Shown: positions 1 through 7,042 of the stretch, piece by piece
Position numbering within the stretch: the stretch's first letter is position 1
Layout of the letters: every line of letters begins with the position of its first letter
Assembly: GCA_964453525.1 (NCBI GenBank)
Contig: CAYVOV010000023.1
Span: 262 to 64,261, forward strand
DNA: 64,000 bases
Source: an uncultured Dehalococcoidales bacterium
Lineage (GTDB): Bacteria > Chloroflexota > Dehalococcoidia > Dehalococcoidales > UBA2162
Direction: 5' to 3'
Made by a program: the position numbers and the translations under genes
The notes under the pieces: generated by a model
Database searches by the model: none
What the model saw: the letters and a program-made list of their open reading frames with translations, nothing else
Told to the model about the DNA's origin: nothing

Positions 1-39
1 AATAGCCTGAAAATGAACGCTTGAACTCAGAAAACAGAC

Positions 40-82
40 GCACACGAAGGGATGTAATAGTCCCTTTTTGTGCGTTTTTTTT
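40..82 (+). terminator. Rho-independent terminator-like hairpin (first of a tandem pair)
   Basis: Stem GCACACGAAGGGA (40-52) / TCCCTTTTTGTGC (61-73), 8-nt loop, then a T8 run at 75-82. Confidence 0.6.
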
Positions 83-93
83 GCCATTTTCCA

Positions 94-133
94 GGGGATA
101 GTTAGAGGGTGACCTGATACTATCCCCTTTTTT
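94..133 (+). terminator. Rho-independent terminator-like hairpin (second of tandem pair)
   Basis: Stem GGGGATAGT (94-102) / ACTATCCCC (119-127) followed by T6 (128-133). Confidence 0.55.
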
Positions 134-179
134 CGTTTCCACAACAGTTCATATCCGGAATACCCTGGACAGGGGGGTA

Positions 180-208
180 TTGACGACCAAGATAGTCGAA
201 TATAGACT
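180..208 (+). promoter_or_regulatory. Candidate sigma70-type promoter of the 231-1925 cassette
   Basis: TTGACG (180-185), 17-nt spacer, TAGACT (203-208), located right after the two terminators and 23 nt upstream of the first start codon. Confidence 0.35.
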
Positions 209-230
209 TAACCATACTAGGAGGTGTATT

Positions 231-422
231 ATGGCAATCATTTTAGGGAGTGGCGCTTTCAGGATATGGGTAGGAAAAGACAAGAGGACTGGAAAGAGTA
301 ATAATATCGGTATTAGATTACAGGAGAAGAAATTTCCCAGCCAGGTAAATTTAGACCAGACTGTCCAGACGTTAGTAGACAAGATAGAGCAGCTAATACG
401 TAAAGAGTGCTCTTGGGTGTGA
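231..422 (+). CDS. Small hypothetical protein (63 aa), first gene of the cassette; possibly a small DNA-binding/antitoxin-like protein
   Basis: Internal ATG of ORF 180..422, preceded by a strong SD (TAGGAGGTGTATTATG). No recognisable motif; a beta-strand-then-helix pattern (NIGIRLQEKKF...LVDKIEQLIRKE) is only suggestive. Confidence 0.4.
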   Translation: MAIILGSGAFRIWVGKDKRTGKSNNIGIRLQEKKFPSQVNLDQTVQTLVDKIEQLIRKECSWV

Positions 423-439
423 TTTGTGGGACATAAAAT

Positions 440-1135
440 ATGAGTAAATTCTTCATACCTGCAAATCGTCCAGAAGACTGGGCGCCTTTGTTAGCCGAAC
501 CTGGCAAGCACTGGAGAACAGGCTACTCAGCAAAAGCACTTGCCTACTGCTGGCAAGAAGCTAAGGGCTTTCCTGCAGAAGTGAAAAAGGTGTTCCGGGA
601 CTCCGGTATTCCCTCGTTCAGGAACGCTAAAATGCTAATGGCTTTCCCCGAATACAAGGTATCGTTGCCAGGTGGGAAGAGAGCCTCACAAAGTGACATC
701 TTCCTTCTGGCCAGGGGAGACGACAAGTTAATCTCTATCACAGTAGAGGGGAAGGTCGATGAACCATTTGGAGAGGTAATATCCGATTGGAAACTAAAAG
801 ACATGGGTGGCAAGAAAGACAGGCTTGCCTTCCTATGTGACCAATTAGGGGTCAATCCCGCTACGGTTGATAACATTCACTATCAACTCCTACACAGAAC
901 GGTATCTGCCATAATTGAAGCACAGAACTTCAATGCCCCAATTGCTTTAATGCTTGTTCACGCCTTCGAGAAGACCACAGAGAAGTATGATGCAAGCTTC
1001 CACGCCTATTGTAACCTCTTAAATTTATTTGGCAAAAGGGGTAGGGAAAATACCATTGTATCATTAGGAAAATCGGGCTCGGTTGATTTGTATGTAGGGT
1101 GGGTCAAAGGTAATGATAAGTACCTAGTATCGTAG
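440..1135 (+). CDS. Hypothetical protein with a PD-(D/E)XK-like nuclease motif (231 aa)
   Basis: SQSD-IFLLARGDDKLISITV-EGK gives a D...(17 aa)...ExK pattern in a strand-like context. The conserved-looking N-terminus is FIPANRPEDWAPLLAEPGKHWRTGYSAKALAYCWQEA. Starts 18 nt after the previous gene. Confidence 0.45.
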   Translation: MSKFFIPANRPEDWAPLLAEPGKHWRTGYSAKALAYCWQEAKGFPAEVKKVFRDSGIPSFRNAKMLMAFPEYKVSLPGGKRASQSDIFLLARGDDKLISITVEGKVDEPFGEVISDWKLKDMGGKKDRLAFLCDQLGVNPATVDNIHYQLLHRTVSAIIEAQNFNAPIALMLVHAFEKTTEKYDASFHAYCNLLNLFGKRGRENTIVSLGKSGSVDLYVGWVKGNDKYLVS

Positions 1136-1198
1136 TAGGCCCCGTCGTTAGCACTCAATATTTTATTTTGTTCTGGATACTGTAAAGGAGGTCATTAA

Positions 1199-1423
1199 AT
1201 GCAAAACGAATCAAATACAGATGAACCAATGGAAATTTTTGATGTTGATAATGTTCGTATAGGTTTTAATCCTTCTGTTGATACTCCTCGAGGGAAGACT
1301 AGAAAGTCCCTTACTATAGATGTTCACGTTACAGATAGGTGGTATAGATTTAGGCTAGAAGATGTAGTCTGCGATCTTTTCAATCGCTTCTATAATGAAC
1401 AGGTAGCTAGTAGATATGAATGA
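1199..1423 (+). CDS. Small hypothetical protein (74 aa)
   Basis: Strong SD (AAGGAGGTCATTAAATG). Its 3' end overlaps the next gene by 8 nt (1416-1423), suggesting translational coupling. Confidence 0.45.
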   Translation: MQNESNTDEPMEIFDVDNVRIGFNPSVDTPRGKTRKSLTIDVHVTDRWYRFRLEDVVCDLFNRFYNEQVASRYE

Positions 1424-1925
1424 TAGTATACAAAGAGGCATTACTGATATTGAAAATCTCTTCAAGTGTGTATGCATCGACTTTGATGATGATATTTGGA
1501 GATATAACATTCCTTCCTCATCCGGCTGGTATTTGATAGAAACAAATACACCAATTGAGATACTGAAATCCATAGGCACTCCACAGCACAAGGCTCATAT
1601 CAACATACCTAAAACTATAGGAAGTGCCGTTAGTTTAATCAATCTTGGTGCTGCCATCCAGCAGTCAGGTGATGACCACTACGTAGTCTATAACGGAGAA
1701 GCCCGAAATTTGAAAGCACGTGCGAGAGAGCATATATGCGGTCATGGTAAAACGTTCTGCCTTGGATTGGCTGAATATCCGATCTTGCGTAAATATAGTT
1801 GGCGGTTCTGCTATGCGCCGGCATCCGAATGTGGAAATTTGCGGGATGCTGACAAAGCAGTGAGAGTGCTTTTTGAACAGGTGTGGAGAGCAAAACATGG
1901 GTGGCCGATTTTATGTAAGAAATAG
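1416..1925 (+). CDS. Hypothetical protein with divergent GIY-YIG-like nuclease motifs (169 aa)
   Basis: SGWYLIE (GIY-like) and YVVYNGEARNLKARAREH (YxG-A-NL-R-H, YIG-like), plus a later LFEQVW...GWPILC. The spacing between the two motifs (~55 aa) is much longer than canonical. Confidence 0.4.
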   Translation: MNDSIQRGITDIENLFKCVCIDFDDDIWRYNIPSSSGWYLIETNTPIEILKSIGTPQHKAHINIPKTIGSAVSLINLGAAIQQSGDDHYVVYNGEARNLKARAREHICGHGKTFCLGLAEYPILRKYSWRFCYAPASECGNLRDADKAVRVLFEQVWRAKHGWPILCKK

Positions 1926-2011
1926 CGTAGGATATTACGCAAGAAAATGGTATAATTATAGTCGTGGAACATGTCCAAATAGTGTCACCTGGGCACAAGT
2001 AGGAGGTTAAT

Positions 2012-2107
2012 ATGTTTGGGATTACAGTGGGTAATAGGCGTGTACGTTTACATATTGATATTGCTGGCTTCGGTACCAATATTTCAAGAAGCAGGTGCAC
2101 AGCTTGA
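2012..2107 (+). CDS. Possible 31-aa basic peptide
   Basis: AGGAGG SD 5 nt before the ATG and an extended -10 (TGgTATAAT, 1948-1956) upstream. Too short to validate. Confidence 0.2.
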   Translation: MFGITVGNRRVRLHIDIAGFGTNISRSRCTA

Positions 2108-2161
2108 CTTAGTCAGGATAATTGCCGAGTTCCTCCAGAGGATACTCTGGTAGAGAGCAAA

Positions 2162-2193
2162 ATGGGGAGTGTGGCGTTCACCATGCTCCCCAT
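2162..2193. terminator. Bidirectional terminator-like hairpin between convergent island genes
   Basis: ATGGGGAG (2162-2169) / CTCCCCAT (2186-2193) with T-rich flanks on both strands. Confidence 0.45.
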
Positions 2194-2265
2194 TATTATT
2201 GTGTTTAAGTGACCTAATCACTAACGGGAACCTAATAACTGCCCTTTGCATTCAGATGTAACTTC

Positions 2266-3807
2266 TCATCCGGTATTCTCATTCATTCGACTTGCTTTCA
2301 GCCTTTCATATTCAGTTTCAACTTCTTGCCATTGAAGATAACCGTATGGGGATTTCTTCTTATATTCAGGGTATTTCTTAATCCATTCATCTCTAATTGA
2401 AAGCCAGAAGTTTTCAACTGCCTTGTAACCTGCTTTATTGTCGGGTGGTCCGCCCTTTTGTTCTACAAGATCAATAAATTCCTGTTCAATTTGTCTCTGC
2501 CGTGTCTCATTGCTGGTCTTCGCCTTGACATCTACGTCTTCTAGGGCTTCTTTGTCATCAAAAGTCTGCTTATCGAGAATAAACCTCTCCCTAGCGTCTG
2601 CTGGCAGAAGATCAAACCCCTCATGCAACGCCTGTAATTCTTTTTCGTGCAACTTTAGCCAGGTTTCCATCTGTTCGGGCGTAACTTCGTACCCGACCAT
2701 TTTCAGGAGGGTAGCGTTGAATGGCGGTGTGGCGTAGCCCGGCCCTTCTACTCTATTCGCAAGCGCCCATGTCTCGATAAGGGAACCCGTTCTCACCGGA
2801 TGAAGCAACACCCGCCTGTCCGAATCCGTTTTTACCCATTCGAGCAGTTTACGTCTAATGCACAGCTGGCGAGAATACATAGAATCGTCAGGAAAAGAAG
2901 ATATTGCGAAACCTCTAGGTTCTGTTTCTAGAACGTGCTTTATTGCTCCCTGTATCTCCGGTTGTTCAGGTAGGTTATTCCATAAAGGCCCCTTGCTTAA
3001 GTAACTAAGCCAATAGGCAGCTACCAAGTCATCCTCTTCTTGCAAGACATCATCAGGAGATGCAAACTCAGCCATAAGTTTCATATCTTCAGGAGGCTTG
3101 CTCCTGACGCTACGCCATACGGCATCTTCCACCGAACTCACGCTAATAGACGGACTCGTAAGTGGTGTGCCAAATTTCTCAATTTTGGTTAACGCTTCTT
3201 GAGAATAATTTAAATGAGATACTTTGCCTAACCTTAATGCTGTTGCACGTTCCCAGTTAAGCATGAATGCTGAGTCTAGATTTGTGGTATCAAAGTACTT
3301 TTCTCCTGTGATGTGAGAGGCACGCTCAAGTAGGCTGTATAACCAACTTTGTCTGATCAGCAATAAGTTCCTGTTGACCTTGTCAGAATATGCACCTTGT
3401 CTGGAGGGTAACAATTCATTCAAACCTGGGGGAAAAGATTGGGGGAAAAGGTTTCGGATATGGATTATCCATTTTGCCTGCCTAATGCTAATCGGACTTC
3501 CCATCGCTAGTGAGGCTCTCCAAATATCAAACAGATCTTTGTTGGCTTCCGGTGGTAACACATATTGCACCGAAGCGCCAATAGACCATGGTTCATCTTC
3601 ATCTGTTAAAGGGAGATTACGACCTTCCGATATTAACTTAATCATTGTTTCTTCGGTAGGAGGGACTTCTCCCATTTCATCTTTTATGAATTTTCTTAAC
3701 TCCACTGCAAGCGCAAGTCTTGGGATGTCTTTATCTCGCAATGCTCTAGTGTATATAAGCTGTTTAATATGAGGTTTTATTGATGGCCGTCCTCTTTTTG
3801 TAGACAT
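2266..3807 (-). CDS. Orphan 513-aa protein, unknown function
   Basis: Long uninterrupted ORF in low-GC DNA. Basic N-terminus (STKRGRPSIKPH), acidic/coiled C-terminal third. No motif I can assign. Confidence 0.6.
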   Translation of the reverse strand: MSTKRGRPSIKPHIKQLIYTRALRDKDIPRLALAVELRKFIKDEMGEVPPTEETMIKLISEGRNLPLTDEDEPWSIGASVQYVLPPEANKDLFDIWRASLAMGSPISIRQAKWIIHIRNLFPQSFPPGLNELLPSRQGAYSDKVNRNLLLIRQSWLYSLLERASHITGEKYFDTTNLDSAFMLNWERATALRLGKVSHLNYSQEALTKIEKFGTPLTSPSISVSSVEDAVWRSVRSKPPEDMKLMAEFASPDDVLQEEDDLVAAYWLSYLSKGPLWNNLPEQPEIQGAIKHVLETEPRGFAISSFPDDSMYSRQLCIRRKLLEWVKTDSDRRVLLHPVRTGSLIETWALANRVEGPGYATPPFNATLLKMVGYEVTPEQMETWLKLHEKELQALHEGFDLLPADARERFILDKQTFDDKEALEDVDVKAKTSNETRQRQIEQEFIDLVEQKGGPPDNKAGYKAVENFWLSIRDEWIKKYPEYKKKSPYGYLQWQEVETEYERLKASRMNENTG

Positions 3808-3945
3808 TCTTTTATTTTTTCCTTAAATTCACAGACTCGTATATAATTATTTCCTTTATGTATATATTATAATCTCTTACAATAATAATATAATTCATAC
3901 AAAACAGCAATGTCAAAAAGGATAGGCTAAGCAAGCGGGTCTCAA

Positions 3946-4329
3946 TTGAAAACTATTAACTATAAAGACACAAACGAAGTTCTTCACATTAATAGATACC
4001 ATCTTCTATTGGCGCTGGAACGATTGGAGAAGAAAAATCCGAAGTTCCCTTTGTTCGAACATACAATGATTCCGTTTGGTATTCTAATTTCCACACTGGT
4101 TGCCCTCTTGACAGCAGATTTTAAGAATTCATTAGGACTGAGCGCTGACGTTTGGCAGATGTTCATATTGGCAGTAATGGTCGTGTCAGCTCTAATTACG
4201 GCAGTCTTCCTCGGATTGTGGATGAGGAATAGAGGACGATATAAATTAAGAACTCCGGATGAAATCGTCGAGGGAATAATCAAGGAAATGGAACATCAGA
4301 AAAGGGCCTTGACAAACTCACAAAAGTAG
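3946..4329 (+). CDS. Small membrane protein (127 aa, two predicted TM helices)
   Basis: TTG start. Hydrophobic stretches MIPFGILISTLVALLTADF and MFILAVMVVSALITAVFLGLWM. Confidence 0.45.
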   Translation: MKTINYKDTNEVLHINRYHLLLALERLEKKNPKFPLFEHTMIPFGILISTLVALLTADFKNSLGLSADVWQMFILAVMVVSALITAVFLGLWMRNRGRYKLRTPDEIVEGIIKEMEHQKRALTNSQK

Positions 4330-4348
4330 TATAGACTTAGTCTATACT
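4328..4348. promoter_or_regulatory. Perfect 9-bp inverted repeat (candidate operator or stem-loop)
   Basis: AGTATAGAC-TTA-GTCTATACT overlaps the stop of the membrane-protein gene and lies 25 nt upstream of the AbrB-like gene start. Confidence 0.35.
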
Positions 4349-4372
4349 ATAGCTGTGCGAGGGGTAATCATA

Positions 4373-4828
4373 ATGGATATGATAGCAACGAGAAGGAAGC
4401 CGTTCGCGACTGGTCAGTCGAAGGGGGTTACGCTGCCGGGTAAGATGACAATATCAGAAGAGGTTTCGATGGCAGCGAGTGATCGACTTATCATCATGGA
4501 TACCACCGGCGAAGTCCCTGAAGACAAGCTGCTCCAGTTCTACCTGCAGTATGTTGAGCCTGCTTTCCAGAACTGGTGGCAGGCCCAGAAACGATCATCT
4601 AGGCAACCTCACGGCTTCAGAGTTATGCAAGAAGATGGACCCGCCCCAGCGCAAGCTATAAAGCCGCCTGAACCAACGGTTGTAAAACCAGAAGCTCAGA
4701 TCCAACCGGTGGTCTGTCCACGATGCGCTGGTCAAATCTCATGGAATCTTGACCTTGGTCTTGAAGGAGTCTGTCCTTACTGCGGCTTGTTCCTTAAGCT
4801 GACACCAGATGAGAAAGGAGGAAAATAA
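4373..4828 (+). CDS. AbrB/SpoVT-like N-terminal domain plus C-terminal zinc-ribbon protein
   Basis: ATG at 4373 with GAGGGG SD 8 nt upstream. N-terminal FATGQSKGVTLPGKM resembles the swapped-hairpin AbrB/MazE fold. C-terminal CPRC...CPYC. Confidence 0.4.
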   Translation: MDMIATRRKPFATGQSKGVTLPGKMTISEEVSMAASDRLIIMDTTGEVPEDKLLQFYLQYVEPAFQNWWQAQKRSSRQPHGFRVMQEDGPAPAQAIKPPEPTVVKPEAQIQPVVCPRCAGQISWNLDLGLEGVCPYCGLFLKLTPDEKGGK

Positions 4829-5300
4829 ATTGACGTTTCGGAGTCAAGAGATGCAATCACAAAACCAAACCGGTGATATCATGAAATGGATACTTGCAAT
4901 AGTAGAAAAAGTTAATCAGGATAGTAGATTAGCGCCTAATAAAGCTATTCTAAAGCGCATGCAAGAAACAATAGACATTTATGGCTCTGCCAAAATTTGG
5001 GAAGTGATTAAGCAGTTTTCTATAAACATTGGTTCGAACAAAGCAATGCTCATGGAAGAACTGTTCCATCAGTGTCCGAATTTTCCTGATTTATTTGAAA
5101 CGGATAAGACTATACCACTCGCCCTTAAGCAGTGGTATGAACATCACTCGGTAGAGGCTAATCGATTTCAAAGAGTTACTTCAGCTATTTTGAGAGCTAA
5201 TCCGGCTGTCGAATGGGAATTCGATACTTCACCTGATGCCGATAGAGATTTAACTCCTATTATGGATATGCTATTTCGTAATACGGAGGTATCAAAATGA
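4809..5300 (+). CDS. Hypothetical protein (up to 163 aa) translationally coupled to the recombinase; candidate accessory or directionality factor
   Basis: Overlaps the upstream gene by 20 nt and the recombinase start by ATGA (5297-5300). No recognisable motif; the start is uncertain (alternative ATGs at 4851 and 4881). Confidence 0.4.
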   Translation: MRKEENKLTFRSQEMQSQNQTGDIMKWILAIVEKVNQDSRLAPNKAILKRMQETIDIYGSAKIWEVIKQFSINIGSNKAMLMEELFHQCPNFPDLFETDKTIPLALKQWYEHHSVEANRFQRVTSAILRANPAVEWEFDTSPDADRDLTPIMDMLFRNTEVSK

Positions 5301-7042
5301 AGGAAAAAGCGGTAACTGCAGAACGATTTGATAGCCTTGTTGATATGGCTGCTAAAGAAGCAAGGTACGAGGAAGGCTTTGGAGTAAAGGGATGTGATCT
5401 TGCCAATTCATGTTGGTGGGTTTCGTATGTCAGACAAAGTTGGGAGGAGCAAGCGAACAACAATCGCTTGCCAGAATACTTACTCACCTGCGCCAGAGAG
5501 GCAAGGAAGCTGGGTGTTGTAGTTCCGATAGAATACATACTCTATGATACTGTTACGGGGGAGCATCTTGAGCGCCCCAATATGATACACCTTCGCAAAT
5601 TATTAACAGAACGGCGTACCTCAGGAGTAATCTTCCCTGCTCTAGACCGCTTGTCCCGGGAGCCATTGCACCAACAAATCTTCGAACTGGAAGCAGCTCA
5701 TTATGAGATTCAAATTCATTACGCTGACGTACCTAACGGAAACGATCCAAACAGCCAATTTACCAGAACAATTTTAGCTCATGCCGCTAAACTGATAAAA
5801 CTGGCAAACCGGCGTAACAATCGCGGTGGTAATATCGGACGGGTGGTAAGCGGAAACGTGCCTGCCGGTAAGCCATCTTATGGTTATATTTATCGCGCAG
5901 AATACCAGTCATTAGAACATGGTAAGCGTAAACTTATCAGGGCTTGGTGGGACATAAACGCACTAGAAATCGATGGTACATATAAAATGGGGTCCGAGGC
6001 CTGGGTAGTGAAACAGATTTTCCGCTGGATTGGACTTGAAGGGAGAAGCACTTTCTGGGTTTCCGAAGAACTTAATCGAATGGGAATCAAACCTCGATAT
6101 GCCGATAAATGGTCTCCAGCTCTGGTTGGTTTCATCTGTAAAAACCGCGCGTATACAGGAAAACATGCCTATAACAAAGCCTGCTATGTCACCAATCCCG
6201 ATAGGCCGCTAAAAGATATTACTGCCGAGATAAAGCGGACACTACGAAAAGCTAAACCGGAAGATGACTGGGCACATTTTGAAGTTCCGTTGTTGGTATC
6301 CGAAGAATTATGGCAGCGAGCAAATGACAATATCCGTGAGCGAGGCAAGGGAAGAGGAAAAGCCGGGAAAACGATTCCAGCACTGTTCAGGGCAAGGGTC
6401 TTTTGCCCAAAGTGCGGTCATATTATGAGGCTTCATAGGGATTCGACCTGCCCCTGGCTTACTTACTATGTCTGCCGTACTCAAGGATGTAGAATGAAGT
6501 TCATCCGTGTTTCCCAGCTTGATGACATAGGATGGGAGAATGTTGTTAACCTTTTACAGAAACGTTCATTTATTGATGCCAAAGCAGAGAATACGAGTAA
6601 AGATGATGGTGGAATTCAGAAACGGATCAGACTAGAGTTGTTTCAAAAGAGGGAAGCAGAGAGGAAAATCGCAAGAATTCAAGATGATCTCCTCAGCGAT
6701 GAACCAGTCATTACCAAACAAGAAGCTCTTACTAAAATAGGAGAACTTCGAAATGTTATTGAAAAAGCCGACAATGAAATTGCCAGACTACAAGGCATAG
6801 TCCAGACAGCAAAGCAGTCTGAAGAAAAAATTGAAGCATTAAAGAAAGCTCTTGAGGAGCTAAGAGATATAAATCTTAATACGGCAACTTTCCAGCAGAA
6901 AGCCGAGTGGATAGCTCGTCTTGGTGTCAAGGTATATCCAGCTAAGGATTTAACCAACTATCACATAAAATGCGGAATAAAGATTACAGAGCCCCAGAAG
7001 GTTTCATGTTACAAAACCAGCATCGCATCACCGAAGCTATAG
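5297..7042 (+). CDS. Large serine recombinase/integrase
   Basis: Resolvase-type catalytic domain (VSYVRQS with catalytic Ser, ERPNM, ALDRLSRE), recombinase domain, Cys-rich zinc ribbon (CPKCGH...YYVCRTQGC), and a long coiled-coil C-terminus. Confidence 0.85.
   Translation: MKEKAVTAERFDSLVDMAAKEARYEEGFGVKGCDLANSCWWVSYVRQSWEEQANNNRLPEYLLTCAREARKLGVVVPIEYILYDTVTGEHLERPNMIHLRKLLTERRTSGVIFPALDRLSREPLHQQIFELEAAHYEIQIHYADVPNGNDPNSQFTRTILAHAAKLIKLANRRNNRGGNIGRVVSGNVPAGKPSYGYIYRAEYQSLEHGKRKLIRAWWDINALEIDGTYKMGSEAWVVKQIFRWIGLEGRSTFWVSEELNRMGIKPRYADKWSPALVGFICKNRAYTGKHAYNKACYVTNPDRPLKDITAEIKRTLRKAKPEDDWAHFEVPLLVSEELWQRANDNIRERGKGRGKAGKTIPALFRARVFCPKCGHIMRLHRDSTCPWLTYYVCRTQGCRMKFIRVSQLDDIGWENVVNLLQKRSFIDAKAENTSKDDGGIQKRIRLELFQKREAERKIARIQDDLLSDEPVITKQEALTKIGELRNVIEKADNEIARLQGIVQTAKQSEEKIEALKKALEELRDINLNTATFQQKAEWIARLGVKVYPAKDLTNYHIKCGIKITEPQKVSCYKTSIASPKL

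Larger units (their letters stand above)
1..7042. mobile_element. Putative integrative island (serine-recombinase type); left boundary unresolved and may lie outside the window
   Basis: Spot GC counts ~33-40 % here versus ~50-58 % after 7.05 kb. All cargo genes are orphans. The large serine recombinase sits at the right edge. The composition switch coincides with the queA stop at 7009. Confidence 0.6.

Noticed and set aside
134-180. Direct or inverted repeats shared between the island's left region and the 6990-7060 junction (att sites)
   Set aside because: I could not find convincing matching sequence by eye. Serine integrase att sites share only a short core, so absence is uninformative. 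Boundaries are left open.
1148-1156. TTAGCACTC, identical to a CIRCE half-site
   Set aside because: The inverted partner GAGTGCTAA is absent 9 nt downstream, and the site is inside the island, not near a chaperone gene.
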